Assembly: GCA_003554945.1 (NCBI GenBank)
Contig: PWHN01000102.1
Span: 240-64,239, forward strand
Length of the DNA: 64,000 bases
Source: a bacterium
GTDB taxonomy: Bacteria; T1Sed10-126
Direction of reading: 5' to 3'
In this document: positions 42,888 through 53,479 of the stretch, piece by piece
Numbering within the stretch: the first letter of the stretch is position 1
Layout of the letters: every line of letters starts with the position of its first letter
The notes under the pieces: generated by a model
Databases searched by the model: none
What the model was told of the DNA's origin: nothing
Seen by the model: only the letters and a program-made list of their open reading frames with translations
Translations under genes and position numbers: made by a program

Positions 42888-44006
42888 ATGAAGTTTTCAG
42901 CAACAAGAGCCATACTTGAAGAAGCACTCACAACGATCAGTGGAGCGGTGACATCATCGAGCAGTTTACCAGTTCTTGAACACGTATTAATTGAGGTGGA
43001 CGGGAACAATCTCATTTTAAAAGCAACAGATCTTGAACTGTCACTTGAGACAGAGGGAAAAATTAGTGGTGAAAGTGACGGCAGCTGTTCAGTGCCCGCC
43101 AGGAAATTTCAAAATCTTGTCCAATCTTTGCCTTCAGCGGAGACGGAACTATCTTTAGAACTTACTGATGATGAACAGGTAAAGATGACTGTAGATGAAA
43201 TCAACTCAGAGTTCCTTCTGCCAGTCCTGCCCAGTGACGAGTTTCCGGGGCTTCCGGAACCTGAGTCGCAAAATCTTGAGCTTAACTTTAAACTCTCCTG
43301 CGACAAGCTAATCGACATGCTGCGAAACACTCAATTTGCCGCCTCAACGGATGCCACCCGTGGTTACCTTGGCGGAGTTCTATTTGACCTTGGTGAAAAA
43401 GAGCTAACTGTAGTCGCAACCGATTCTCACCGGCTTGCCCTACATAAGCTTGAGTACAGCGAAAAAGCCCCGGCCAAAGGATCAATTTTAGTCCCGGTTG
43501 GCGCTATAAAGGAGCTTGTCAAAATTCTTCCCGAAGAAGGGGAAGTTAAAGTGGTAAGCGACGGCAATTTAACTGAATTTATCTTTGACGGTTCTCGGCT
43601 CGTCAGCCGCTTGATCAACGAAGAATTTCCTGACTATCACAGGGTTATACCGGATGATTACGAGAATCGTACGACTATAGATTGCAGACGTATGCTTGAC
43701 GCGGTAAAGCGTGTCTCGCTGGTTGCTGACGAGAAGACCCGTCGGTTGATTCTTGACTTCTCAGCCGGTGAGCTTACCGTGAAAGCCGAAAATACTGAAG
43801 AAGGCCAGGGTGAGGAAAAATTGAGTATTGACGGCAATGCTAACCTGAAGATTGCCTTTAACGGTGATTATCTTGCCGAAGTCCTCAAACATATAAGTGA
43901 CAACCAGATTCATCTTGACTTGATTTCCGCTGACAGTCCAGGGACGTTTCGTCCCATGGAAGCCGAGGATTACCTCTATATTGTAATGCCCATGCGGCTT
44001 ACCTGA
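42888..44006 (+). CDS. dnaN: DNA polymerase III beta sliding clamp
   Basis: 372 aa, strong AGGAGG RBS, three-domain clamp pattern ending ...YLYIVMPMRL. Confidence 0.93.
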   Translation: MKFSATRAILEEALTTISGAVTSSSSLPVLEHVLIEVDGNNLILKATDLELSLETEGKISGESDGSCSVPARKFQNLVQSLPSAETELSLELTDDEQVKMTVDEINSEFLLPVLPSDEFPGLPEPESQNLELNFKLSCDKLIDMLRNTQFAASTDATRGYLGGVLFDLGEKELTVVATDSHRLALHKLEYSEKAPAKGSILVPVGAIKELVKILPEEGEVKVVSDGNLTEFIFDGSRLVSRLINEEFPDYHRVIPDDYENRTTIDCRRMLDAVKRVSLVADEKTRRLILDFSAGELTVKAENTEEGQGEEKLSIDGNANLKIAFNGDYLAEVLKHISDNQIHLDLISADSPGTFRPMEAEDYLYIVMPMRLT

Positions 44007-44017
44007 TTCGCGACCTT

Positions 44018-45094
44018 GTGCCTTTACGTAAGCTTTATATTTCACAATTTCGTAATCACAGCTTTAAAGAGGTAAAATTCCCCCCGGGGTCGAGTGCACT
44101 TACTGGTAACAATGGCAGCGGCAAGACGGCTATTTTAGAAGCAGCAAGATATTTATCCGTCGGTCGAAGTTACCGCTCCCGTTACGATCACGAAGTAATA
44201 AAGTGGGGCCAGAACAATTTTACTGTCCGCGGGGAATTTGAAGATGCTCCCGTGGAAAGTATTGCTATTCGTTATCACTATTCCTCGACTAACCGCGGTC
44301 AGAAACAGGTCTACGTTGATGATGAACAGTTGACCCGGCTTTCAAAATTGCAGGGTCTCTTTCCCACCGTTATTAATTATCCTGAATTAACCCGTCTGTT
44401 AACCGGTTCTCCTGCCGGAAGACGAGAGTTTATGAACGCTTTACTCGGTCAGATTTCCCTTGATTACATCGATAACCTCAAATCTTATAAGCAGGCTTTA
44501 AATCAACGTAACTCTCTTTTGAAACAGTCGCAGCCGGACGAGCTTCTGCTTGCTCAGTATGAGGAGCGTCTTGCTACCTCTGCGAAAATAATACGCGAAC
44601 AGCGGAATCAGCTCTTAAACTGGCTGGAGAAACGATTGATAAAAGAGCAGGAATTTTTAGCGGCTGATCTACTGCCCGAGCTGAGTCTGGTTTACGACGC
44701 CGGACTTGATGAAAAGGATATTCGTCTTCAGTTTGAACGTGAGCGACCAAAAGCTATGCGCCGCAGCTACACGACTATAGGGGTTCAGCGTGACGACTGG
44801 AAACTGGTCGACAGCTCCGGCAGGGAACTGAAAGAATTCGCGTCGCGCGGCGAGTTGAAGTTGATTCTTGCTGCTCTTAAATTTGTTGAGGCTCGTTTTC
44901 TGGAAGAAAAAACAGGCCGTCGTCCCACTTTTCTGGTTGATGATTTTAGCGCTGAGCTTGACGTTCGTCATCAAAAAAAAGTGCTCTCCAGAAATAGAGA
45001 GTTAAACTATCAGTTCTTATGCAGCGGAGTTAAAATGGCTTCAGAAGTTTCAGTGAACCAGGTCATAAAGGTGGAAGATTTTAATGGTAGATAA
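44018..45094 (+). CDS. recF: DNA replication and repair protein RecF
   Basis: FRNH..., Walker A GNNGSGKTAILEA, signature-like SRGELKLILAALK and Walker B FLVDDFSAELD. Confidence 0.92.
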   Translation: MPLRKLYISQFRNHSFKEVKFPPGSSALTGNNGSGKTAILEAARYLSVGRSYRSRYDHEVIKWGQNNFTVRGEFEDAPVESIAIRYHYSSTNRGQKQVYVDDEQLTRLSKLQGLFPTVINYPELTRLLTGSPAGRREFMNALLGQISLDYIDNLKSYKQALNQRNSLLKQSQPDELLLAQYEERLATSAKIIREQRNQLLNWLEKRLIKEQEFLAADLLPELSLVYDAGLDEKDIRLQFERERPKAMRRSYTTIGVQRDDWKLVDSSGRELKEFASRGELKLILAALKFVEARFLEEKTGRRPTFLVDDFSAELDVRHQKKVLSRNRELNYQFLCSGVKMASEVSVNQVIKVEDFNGR

Positions 45095-45365
45095 GCTGGG
45101 AGATGTTCTCGAAGAAATGCTGGCAAAGAAAAATATGCGGGAAAAGATCGATGTCGCCCGGCTTACGGAGGAGTGGGAAGAAATTGTCGGTGGGCTCTTC
45201 TCTGCACACGTGGAGGTTGTAAAAATTACCAACGGCCGCTTGCTTCTGAGGGCCTCCGACCCGGGCTGGAGTCACCAGGCGGAAATGATGAAGCTGAACA
45301 TAAAGAAGGCGATAAACAATCATTTTGACTACCAGCTTGTAAAAGAAATAAGAGTTGTAAATTAG
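45084..45365 (+). CDS. DUF721-domain protein (YaaB/RemB/DciA-like)
   Basis: 93 aa between recF and gyrB, the conserved position of DUF721 genes. It has a W..IVG...A.H........G.L.v......W..el pattern. Confidence 0.7.
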   Translation: MVDKLGDVLEEMLAKKNMREKIDVARLTEEWEEIVGGLFSAHVEVVKITNGRLLLRASDPGWSHQAEMMKLNIKKAINNHFDYQLVKEIRVVN

Positions 45366-45478
45366 TGGAGATTGCTGGACTTTTCCCGCGCGTACATATA
45401 CAATTATGTGCGCAATCGCGGGCGGAAATTGATTGCGTTCACAGTAAAAAATATCCTCAGAATATCGGACTGATTTAA

Positions 45479-47374
45479 ATGGCAAAAACAGAGTACGCTT
45501 CTGACAAAATTAAGGTGCTTGAAGGCTTGGAAGCGGTTAAAAAACGTCCCGGGATGTATATTGGTTCTACTGATCAGCGGGGCCTGCACCACCTGGTCTA
45601 CGAAGTAATCGACAACAGTATTGACGAGGCGATGGCCGGTTACTGCGATAATATTGAGGTAATTATTGACGAGGAGAACCACGTAACAGTCTCCGACAAC
45701 GGCCGCGGTGTGCCGGTCGACGAGCATCCGAAATATGGAGTCTCGGGCGTTGAGGTGGTAATGACACGTTTGCACGCCGGTGGCAAATTTGATTCCAGTT
45801 CTTATGAAATCAGCGGTGGTTTGCACGGCGTTGGTGTTTCGGTGGTAAATGCTCTTTCTTCCGAGTTGGAGGTAACTGTAGAGAAAAATGACAAAAAATA
45901 TTATCAGAAGTTTGAAGAAGGACATCCTGTTGACCCTCTTGAAGTAATCGGCAGCTCGGAAAGCCGTGGGACAACAGTCCGTTTTAAACCCAATCCTGAG
46001 GTCTTTGAAACTCTTCAGTTTAACTCCGAGACGCTGGCCAAAAAATTTCGCGAAATTGCCTACCTGAACAGCGGCTTGCGGATTACATTCCAGAATGAGC
46101 TGGATGACACTGACGAAAATTTTTACTACGAACGTGGAATTAGTGAGTTTGTGGAGTATTTGAACAGAAATTTTGATCCGCTGCACGAGGAAGTAATATT
46201 TTTTGATGATGATGTCAACGGAATCAATGTTAAGCTGGCTTTTCAGTATGCGGTTGATTCTTACAAGGACCGCATATTCGCCTTTGCCAACAACATTAAC
46301 ACCCACGAGGGTGGGACCCATCTTACCGGTCTAAAGACTGCCCTGACCCGGGTGGTTAACCGTTATGCAGAGGCTAACAATTTACTCGACGACGAGAGTT
46401 TAAAAGGCGAAGATATTCGTGAGGGACTTACGGCAATACTCAGTGTTTTAATTCCTGAACCACAATTTGAGGGTCAGACAAAGACAAAGCTGGGGAACAG
46501 TGAAGCACGCGGGGCTGTTGAGTCGGTGATCAGTAATAAGCTCGAGATATATCTGAACGAACAGCCCTCTGTTGCCAAGAAAATTGTTCAGAAAGCTAAG
46601 GCCGCCGCTGAAGCACGCTGTGCCGCACAAAAAGCTAAGAAGTTAACACGTCGTAAGTCCGTCCTGCGGTCCACTTCCCTGCCCGGTAAGCTGGCTGACT
46701 GCTCGAGCCGGGATCCGGAGGAGTGTGAGTTATTCATTGTCGAGGGAGATTCTGCAGGCGGTAGCGCCAAGCAAGGACGCAACCGGGAGTTTCAGGCTAT
46801 TTTACCGTTGAAAGGAAAAATACTTAACGTCGAGAAGGCCCGTATTAATCGCATACTGGACAATGATGAGATCCAGGCGATGATTACCGCCCTGGGCACC
46901 GGTATAGGCGAAGAGGAGTTTGACATCTCTCGGCTCCGTTATCACAAGATAATCATAATGACTGACGCTGACGTTGACGGTGCCCATATTCGAACACTTC
47001 TGCTCACTCTTTATTTTCGCTACTTGCGCGACCTGATTGAAGAGGGCTATCTTTACATAGCACAGCCGCCTCTTTATCGAGTTGCTAAAAATGGTCGTGT
47101 CCAGTACGTTTACAAGGAAAAACATCTTGCCGAAACGCTGGATCAGTTTAACGGTAAGCCAAAAATTCAACGTTATAAGGGGCTGGGCGAGATGAATCCC
47201 GGCCAGCTTTTAGATACAACGCTTGACCCTGAGAAACGAGTTCTAAAACAGGTGAGGCTTGAAGATGCGGTGGAAGCCGACGAGCTGTTCACGACGTTGA
47301 TGGGGGATGACGTTCAGCCCCGGCGGGAATTTATTGAAAAACATGCAAACGAAGTTACTAACTTAGACGTCTGA
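45479..47374 (+). CDS. gyrB: DNA gyrase subunit B
   Basis: GHKL ATPase motifs ([30 protein letters not shown]), Toprim [16 protein letters not shown], and a DADVDGAHI tail. Confidence 0.97.
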   Translation: MAKTEYASDKIKVLEGLEAVKKRPGMYIGSTDQRGLHHLVYEVIDNSIDEAMAGYCDNIEVIIDEENHVTVSDNGRGVPVDEHPKYGVSGVEVVMTRLHAGGKFDSSSYEISGGLHGVGVSVVNALSSELEVTVEKNDKKYYQKFEEGHPVDPLEVIGSSESRGTTVRFKPNPEVFETLQFNSETLAKKFREIAYLNSGLRITFQNELDDTDENFYYERGISEFVEYLNRNFDPLHEEVIFFDDDVNGINVKLAFQYAVDSYKDRIFAFANNINTHEGGTHLTGLKTALTRVVNRYAEANNLLDDESLKGEDIREGLTAILSVLIPEPQFEGQTKTKLGNSEARGAVESVISNKLEIYLNEQPSVAKKIVQKAKAAAEARCAAQKAKKLTRRKSVLRSTSLPGKLADCSSRDPEECELFIVEGDSAGGSAKQGRNREFQAILPLKGKILNVEKARINRILDNDEIQAMITALGTGIGEEEFDISRLRYHKIIIMTDADVDGAHIRTLLLTLYFRYLRDLIEEGYLYIAQPPLYRVAKNGRVQYVYKEKHLAETLDQFNGKPKIQRYKGLGEMNPGQLLDTTLDPEKRVLKQVRLEDAVEADELFTTLMGDDVQPRREFIEKHANEVTNLDV

Positions 47375-47384
47375 GGGATATATA

Positions 47385-49847
47385 ATGACAGTTGAAGCAG
47401 ACCAGGCCGGCGGTGGCCGTATAGAAACCGCCTACGTTGAAGAAGAGATAAAGGATTCCTACATTGATTACGCGATGAGCGTTATCGTTGGGCGAGCTTT
47501 ACCCGACGTTCGCGATGGGTTAAAACCGGTCCATCGCCGTATTTTATACGCAATGAATGAACTCAGTCTCTACTACAATCGGCCCCACAAGAAGAGCGCC
47601 CGTATTGTCGGTGAAGTGCTGGGTAAATTTCACCCCCACGGTGATACCGCCGTTTACGACACCCTGGTTCGCATGGCCCAGGATTTTTCTCTTCGTTACC
47701 CACTGGTCGACGGCCAGGGGAATTTTGGCAGCATTGACGGCGACAATCCGGCTGCCATGCGTTACACCGAGGCCCGCCTTGCTAAAATTTCCAATGAAAT
47801 GCTTGCTGATATCGAAGAGGAAACGGTAGAGTTCAGACCTAATTTTGATGAGTCCATGCATGAGCCTGAGGTGCTGCCGGCCCGTCTGCCCAACCTGCTG
47901 GTTAACGGTTCTTCGGGGATAGCCGTTGGCATGGCAACTAACATTCCTCCTCATAACCTAACCGAGGTCCTGGACGCTGTCGACTACCAGTTGCATAATC
48001 CTGACTGCTCGATCGAGGAGCTGATGGATTTTATTCCCGGTCCTGATTTTCCAACCGGTGGTCTTATCTGTTCTAAAAAGGGTCTGCGGGAGATGTACGA
48101 GACGGGACGTGGCAAAATTATTATGCGCGGCATAGTTGAGGTGGTTGAGCGTGATGGTAAGTCGGACAGAATAATCATATCCGAGATTCCTTACGGCGTG
48201 AACAAGGCGAAGATGATTGAAAAGATAGCAGATCGAGTCAAAGCTGAAAAAATTGAAGGAATAAGTGACGTTCGTGACGAGTCTGATCGCCATGGAATTC
48301 GGGTCGTTGTTGAACTCAAGCGTGGAGCTAATCCCGAGGTGGTTCGTAATCAGCTTTTTAAATACACCCGGCTTGAACATACCTTTGGTGCTCAGATGCT
48401 GGCGCTTGTTGACGGTGAACCGGTTGTTCTCAGTCTGAAGCAGATAATTGGTCACTTTATCGAGCATCGTTTTACCGTAATTCGACGCCGCACCCGCTAC
48501 CGGCTGGAAAAAGCCAGACGCCGCGCTCATATTTTAGAGGGTTACTTAATTGCTATCGCCAACATTGACGAGGTAGTAAAAATTATCAAACAGTCTGCGG
48601 GTCCGGAAGAGGCTGGCAAAGAACTTCAGTCAACATTTGAGGTAACGGAGGAGCAGGCGACAGCTATCCTGCGCATGCAGTTGCAGCGCTTGACTTCGCT
48701 TGAGGCTGAAAAAGTTGAGTCCGAACACGAACAGTTACTGGCTGACATTGAAGATTACGAGGATATTCTTGGCGATGACAACCGGGTGAAAGAAATTATT
48801 AGCGAGGAGCTGTCCGAGCTTGAGGAAGATTACGGCGACGAACGGCGCACTCAGTTCAGTGATCAACCGCTGGACGTGACCAAAGAGGATTTGATTGATG
48901 ACAAGCCCGCCATTTTTACGCTCTCCGATCAGGGCTATATTAAACGCACTGATCCCAATAAATTTCGTCTCCAGCGCCGCGGTGGTCGTGGTATATACGG
49001 TGCTGATCCAAAAGAGGGCGACTATATAAGTCGAGTCTTCTCCGCCTACACGCACGACTATCTGCTCGTCTTTACATCCCGCGGTATATGTTACTGGCTC
49101 AAGGGCTACGATGTTCCTGAAGGCGGCCGCCGCACCCGGGGAACTCCAATAATTAACCTGATTGACATTCGGCCTGACGAGGAAGTCATGGCCATGATTC
49201 CCCTGGCTGAATTGAACGAGGGTTACCTTGTCATGGCAACTGCTTCCGGTCGTGTGAAAAAGACCGATCTGAAAGCCTATAGCCGTCCCCGCCGCGGTGG
49301 AATTATAGGTATAGATTTAACAGATGATGATGCCCTTGTTTCCGTCTGTAGAACCAGTGGCACCGATGATTTGCTGCTGGCCAGCGCCGGTGGCTACGCC
49401 ATTCGGTTTTCGGAAAAAGATGTTCGCCCGACCGGGCGTGGCACCCAGGGAGTTAAAGGAATTAATCTGCAGGCCGGTGACCGGGTCGTCGGTGTTGCAC
49501 CTGTCCAGGCTGATAAAGAGCTTTTAACTGTCTGTGAAAACGGTTATGGTAAACGTACAGCTTTTGATGAATACCGGCCTCAGACCCGCGGTGGTAAGGG
49601 ATTGGTTAACCTGAAGAATAAAGAGCGCACCGGTGATGTGGTTACTGTTCGTTCTGTTGCTTCTGATGACGAGTTAATCTGTATTTCTGATCGGGGCATC
49701 ATCCTGCGCATGGAAGCTGAAGAAGTCAGTCAGATTGGTCGACCCACCCAGGGTGTTAAGGTGATGCGAGTCATGGAAAATCAACGTATCACTGACGTTT
49801 CAGTGGCCGTGCGAGAACGTCAGGAGGAGGAAGAGGAGAATGAGTGA
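47385..49847 (+). CDS. gyrA: DNA gyrase subunit A
   Basis: [12 protein letters not shown], the active-site region [10 protein letters not shown], a GyrA-box-like QRRGGRG, a beta-pinwheel C-terminal domain and an acidic tail. Confidence 0.97.
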   Translation: MTVEADQAGGGRIETAYVEEEIKDSYIDYAMSVIVGRALPDVRDGLKPVHRRILYAMNELSLYYNRPHKKSARIVGEVLGKFHPHGDTAVYDTLVRMAQDFSLRYPLVDGQGNFGSIDGDNPAAMRYTEARLAKISNEMLADIEEETVEFRPNFDESMHEPEVLPARLPNLLVNGSSGIAVGMATNIPPHNLTEVLDAVDYQLHNPDCSIEELMDFIPGPDFPTGGLICSKKGLREMYETGRGKIIMRGIVEVVERDGKSDRIIISEIPYGVNKAKMIEKIADRVKAEKIEGISDVRDESDRHGIRVVVELKRGANPEVVRNQLFKYTRLEHTFGAQMLALVDGEPVVLSLKQIIGHFIEHRFTVIRRRTRYRLEKARRRAHILEGYLIAIANIDEVVKIIKQSAGPEEAGKELQSTFEVTEEQATAILRMQLQRLTSLEAEKVESEHEQLLADIEDYEDILGDDNRVKEIISEELSELEEDYGDERRTQFSDQPLDVTKEDLIDDKPAIFTLSDQGYIKRTDPNKFRLQRRGGRGIYGADPKEGDYISRVFSAYTHDYLLVFTSRGICYWLKGYDVPEGGRRTRGTPIINLIDIRPDEEVMAMIPLAELNEGYLVMATASGRVKKTDLKAYSRPRRGGIIGIDLTDDDALVSVCRTSGTDDLLLASAGGYAIRFSEKDVRPTGRGTQGVKGINLQAGDRVVGVAPVQADKELLTVCENGYGKRTAFDEYRPQTRGGKGLVNLKNKERTGDVVTVRSVASDDELICISDRGIILRMEAEEVSQIGRPTQGVKVMRVMENQRITDVSVAVRERQEEEEENE

Positions 49848-50088
49848 AGCTGAGCTAAAATACTACCGGCACGAACAGGAAATTCCTGAAGTGGGTAAAG
49901 CAATCAGTATTTATGAGTGTGAAGTTAGCGATTCTGCGCTACTTGTTCAACGTTTTGTCACTCATGTGCCCGAGAGCGGTGATTATGATCGGATGACTGT
50001 TGACTGGGCGATGGAACTTGTCCGTGATGATGTGGTCGAAGTAAGCGCTGAGGAGTTTGAGCAGCTATGGGAGCTGGACGGTGAGTGA
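49840..50088 (+). CDS. Small acidic protein (82 aa), function unknown
   Basis: The ATG overlaps the gyrA stop (ATGAGTGA) and follows an AGGAGG in the gyrA tail. Its stop overlaps the proposed hpnC GTG start. I recognise no motif. Confidence 0.45.
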   Translation: MSEAELKYYRHEQEIPEVGKAISIYECEVSDSALLVQRFVTHVPESGDYDRMTVDWAMELVRDDVVEVSAEEFEQLWELDGE

Positions 50089-50968
50089 CCGGCGCTCCCT
50101 AGATTTAAAAGTTGAAGATATAGATGCCGCCCGGCGTCACTGCCGTCGCCTGGCCTCCAGTCACTACGAAAATTTTACCGTAGTCCTACCCCTGCTTAAC
50201 TCGAAGTTACGGCAGGATCTCGCCAATATTTACGCTTACTGTCGCTGGGTTGACGATCTTGCAGACAGGGATTTACCGGCTGAAGAAATACTTTCAGACC
50301 TCGATAAATTTGAAACCATGCTTGTCGCCACTGTTGACGGCTCCCCTCCGACTCATCCTGTTTTTCTTGCCCTGCAGGAGACGATAGAACGCCGTCGTCT
50401 CAAAGCCCGGCCATTTTATGATTTGATCTCCGCTTTCCGTCAGGACCAGCAAAAAAAAGAATACGAAACTTTTACCGAACTGGTCGATTACAGCCGCCGC
50501 AGCGCCGCGCCGGTTGGCCGCCTGGTGCTCGACTGTTTCGAGGCCCGCAGCGATTTAACCGAGCATTACGCTGACGCCACTTCGATTGCACTGCAGCTTG
50601 TTAATTTCTGGGCCGACGTCCCGATCGATCTTGACCTTGGTCGTATTTATCTCCCCCGCGCGGACCGCCGCCGTTTTGGTGTCAGCCGCCAGGAGCTGGA
50701 AGCCGGCAAAGTGAACGATTCTTTCGCCCGACTGATGTCCTTTGAAATCGAACGCACCCGTGACTGGTTGCGCGTAGGATGGGAGCTGGTTGATCAACTG
50801 GACTTTCCCCTGTCTCTGGCGGTTCAGCTCTTCAATGCCGGAGGTTGGAAAGTGCTGGATAAAATTGAAGCTAACGGTTACGATGTTTTTAGCCGCCGCC
50901 GGACTTTAAATAGGCGCGATAAAATTATCCTTCTCTTGAAGGGAGCGTGGGCCTCTCTTGTCGGATAA
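50081..50968 (+). CDS. hpnC: Hydroxysqualene synthase HpnC (squalene/phytoene synthase family)
   Basis: SSHYENFTV signature and YAYCRWVDDLAD aspartate-rich motif, followed by hpnD and hpnE. I prefer the GTG at 50081 (GTGA overlap); the listed TTG at 50057 is also possible. Confidence 0.8.
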   Translation: MSDRRSLDLKVEDIDAARRHCRRLASSHYENFTVVLPLLNSKLRQDLANIYAYCRWVDDLADRDLPAEEILSDLDKFETMLVATVDGSPPTHPVFLALQETIERRRLKARPFYDLISAFRQDQQKKEYETFTELVDYSRRSAAPVGRLVLDCFEARSDLTEHYADATSIALQLVNFWADVPIDLDLGRIYLPRADRRRFGVSRQELEAGKVNDSFARLMSFEIERTRDWLRVGWELVDQLDFPLSLAVQLFNAGGWKVLDKIEANGYDVFSRRRTLNRRDKIILLLKGAWASLVG

Positions 50969-51839
50969 TTCTGATTATCCATCTGAACTGCAGGAAGCAC
51001 TTGTTGAGTGTCGTCGCCGCAGTCTCGAGGCGGATAGTACTTTTCATTTTGCTCTCCGTTTTTTGCCGTCCGAGGACCGCGATGCTCTTCATGTGCTCTA
51101 TTATTTCTGCCGCCGGGTTGACGATGCAGTTGATGAGCCGCGCGAAGAGGAACGGAGCCGCGAGCTGCTTGCGCAGCTTCGCAGTGGCCTGACCGGTGAT
51201 GAGGAGGGAGAACTTTGGACCGGCGTTCACTGGCTGCAGAGTCAATACGAGCTGCCTGAAAAATATTTTTATGATCTTATAAAAGGGGCGGAAACTGATC
51301 TTGGCTCAGTTCGTATTGCTGATCCTGAAGAATTGCGTCAGTATACTTATCGGGTTGCCGGAACGGTTGGTCTCTCGATGCTGCATATTTTTGGGCTAAC
51401 CGGTGAGCGGGAGAAAAAACTGGGCAAAAAGATGGGACACGCTTTTCAACTTACCAATATATTACGGGATATCGACGAGGATCGGGAGCGAGACCGCTGC
51501 TACATCCCGACATCGCTCTTGCGCCGTTACAATGCAGTTGAGGCCTGGCAGGAGGGGGAGATGACGGAAGGGTATCATAGTGCGCTTCTTGCACTGGCCA
51601 GCGAAGCTGAACGGAGCTACAGCGAGTCAGTTGAGCTGTTAAAGGAGCTCAGCGGCCGCCGACGCTTCACCCTGGCGCTGATGAATGCCGCATACAGCCT
51701 TTACCTGGCCCGCCTTTACGACGTAGATTTTGTTGCTTCACGAACTAACATGAGCATTGGCCGTCTGACCGCTCCGCAGCTCCTCTGGCGTGGTCTCAGA
51801 GCTCTGCTGGGAAGTCCGCATCGTTGTCTCTACGTGTAG
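50958..51839 (+). CDS. hpnD: Presqualene diphosphate synthase HpnD (squalene/phytoene synthase family)
   Basis: STFHFALRFLP, YYFCRRVDDAVDE and NILRDIDEDRERDRCYIP motifs. It overlaps hpnC by 11 nt. Confidence 0.8.
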   Translation: MSDNSDYPSELQEALVECRRRSLEADSTFHFALRFLPSEDRDALHVLYYFCRRVDDAVDEPREEERSRELLAQLRSGLTGDEEGELWTGVHWLQSQYELPEKYFYDLIKGAETDLGSVRIADPEELRQYTYRVAGTVGLSMLHIFGLTGEREKKLGKKMGHAFQLTNILRDIDEDRERDRCYIPTSLLRRYNAVEAWQEGEMTEGYHSALLALASEAERSYSESVELLKELSGRRRFTLALMNAAYSLYLARLYDVDFVASRTNMSIGRLTAPQLLWRGLRALLGSPHRCLYV

Positions 51840-53122
51840 CTGTCCTTGGTGCCGGCCTGGCCGGCATGATCGCGGCGGCTGACCTGCTTTGTTCGAATGG
51901 TGATGGAGATGATCTGTCTGTTGAGCTTTACGATGTTGCCCCCCATCCCGGCGGCCGCTTAACTTCCTGGGACGTTCCCGGATTTGATTCTAAACTTGAT
52001 AACGGCCAGCATATTCTAACCGGCAGTTGCCACAGCAGCATTCAGCTTTTTCAGTCGCTTGATGAGGATGCTCTTTTTTCCACCGGACTGCCGGCACTGC
52101 TGACTGAAGCAGGTCGAGTCAAAAAATTTTTTACTCTACCTCTACCCCGTCCTCTTCATCTTTTACCGCTCTTTTTAGGCTATGGCCAGGGATTCTTTGC
52201 GACGCTGCGGGGGGGACTGCAGATTCTCAGCCTGCGCTCGCAGGCTTCTTCTGATTGTGATACCCTGGCCGAGTGGCTGCAAAAAAATCAGCCGCAGGTT
52301 CTGATTCAGCGCTTTTGGCGTCCTTTTGTGGTCAGCGTCTTTAATCGTTCCCCGGAAGCGGTTGAGTTTGAACATTTTCGAAGTTGGGCACGTGAAACTA
52401 TTTTCTCAGATCGTGATTGTTTGGAAGTCTATAGCTTTACAAAACCGCTTTCCCGCTTGAGCGAGCTCCTGGCTGAACGTCTGCAGCAGCGCGGCGGTCT
52501 ATTTAAAATGAACTCTCACGTTACTGAAGTTGATCTTAAAACTGGCGCCATAACGGTGGACCGTTCCGCGAATGGCACTGCCGATATCTTTGTCTTTGCG
52601 CTCCCCCCCGACCAGACGGCCCGACTCCTTCAGAAAAATGTGGCCGACAATACTGAATATCTTGATCACTTCACTGCCTCGCCTATCCTGACAGTTCATC
52701 TACTTTTTGACCGGGAGCTGGAGCTGCCAAGATTTATCTCTCTTCCCGACTCTGAATACGATTGGTATATAAATCCCGCTGCCGGGCCAGGGCGGCTGGT
52801 ACAGTTTATGGTCAGCAACGCTGCAAGTCAAATCGACATGCCGGATTCGAAATTGCTTAACGAGTGCCGGCGTCTGTTGGCTCAATTGTCGGGCGATTCT
52901 CCGCCTCGCATTGTCTGTCACCAGATTTTTCGCAATCGCCGCGCCACTTATCATCTTCCCCCGAACAACTTCTCTCCGGGCAAGAATTTTTGGCGTCCCT
53001 GTGAAAATGTTGTTCTGGCCGGCGATTGGACCTATCCCCAGTGGCCCGCCACTATTGAGGCAGCCATACGCAGTGGCCACCGTGCGGCCCGTGAAGTCAA
53101 AAAAATTATCGCCCCTGAATGA
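51824..53122 (+). CDS. hpnE: Hydroxysqualene dehydroxylase HpnE (FAD-dependent amine-oxidase fold)
   Basis: N-terminal dinucleotide fold VAVLGAGLAGMIAA...GGRL, C-terminal LAGDWT, and third position in the hpnCDE order. Confidence 0.75.
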   Translation: MSLRVAVLGAGLAGMIAAADLLCSNGDGDDLSVELYDVAPHPGGRLTSWDVPGFDSKLDNGQHILTGSCHSSIQLFQSLDEDALFSTGLPALLTEAGRVKKFFTLPLPRPLHLLPLFLGYGQGFFATLRGGLQILSLRSQASSDCDTLAEWLQKNQPQVLIQRFWRPFVVSVFNRSPEAVEFEHFRSWARETIFSDRDCLEVYSFTKPLSRLSELLAERLQQRGGLFKMNSHVTEVDLKTGAITVDRSANGTADIFVFALPPDQTARLLQKNVADNTEYLDHFTASPILTVHLLFDRELELPRFISLPDSEYDWYINPAAGPGRLVQFMVSNAASQIDMPDSKLLNECRRLLAQLSGDSPPRIVCHQIFRNRRATYHLPPNNFSPGKNFWRPCENVVLAGDWTYPQWPATIEAAIRSGHRAAREVKKIIAPE

Positions 53123-53232
53123 TGTCGTATTCGCTTGTATGAGGCCAGTTCCGATGAGGCCGGAATTTTGATTCAAAACCCTTAACCGGCTTTAAAACAT
53201 TGGTTTCAATGCCATACACAATAATTAATCAT

Positions 53233-53315
53233 AACTACTCATCTATCCCCTCTCCCCTGGAGGGAGAGGGTCAGAGCCTGCCCCGGACTCGATCCGGGGG
53301 TGAGGGGGGAAAGAT
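53233..53315. repeat. Family-2 intergenic repeat (83 nt, with extra internal hairpin)
   Basis: AACTACTCATCTATCCCCTCTCCCCTGGAGGGAGAGGG + CCCCGGACTCGATCCGGGG + GTGAGGGGGGAAAGAT, inverted relative to the 40242 copy. Confidence 0.75.
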
Positions 53316-53361
53316 GCTGCTATCTCACTCTGGCTTCTAAGTTCTGAAGTTTTTTGTATAC

Positions 53362-53391
53362 TTGATAAATATCCAGCTTGCTCGGTATAAT
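53362..53391 (+). promoter_or_regulatory. Candidate sigma70 promoter of the permease gene
   Basis: TTGATA, 18 nt, TATAAT. This would give a leader of about 170 nt. Confidence 0.5.
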
Positions 53392-53451
53392 TCGAATCAC
53401 TGCCTTGCTTTTTATTTCACTTTCTCTGCTTGGCGGCTAGCAGGGGGATGA

Positions 53452-53479
53452 TTTCCCCCCGTCAAGGGGGGAAGTTTTT
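53452..53479 (+). terminator. Intrinsic terminator-like hairpin inside the permease leader (candidate attenuator)
   Basis: TTCCCCCC-GTCAA-GGGGGGAA followed by GTTTTT. An upstream GGGGG run (53443-53447) can pair with the same C-run instead. Confidence 0.5.

Noticed and set aside
45404-46321. 305-aa ORF on the minus strand.
   Set aside because: It lies entirely antisense to the well-supported gyrB gene. It has low-complexity, hydrophobic shadow-frame composition and no RBS, so it is a classic shadow ORF.
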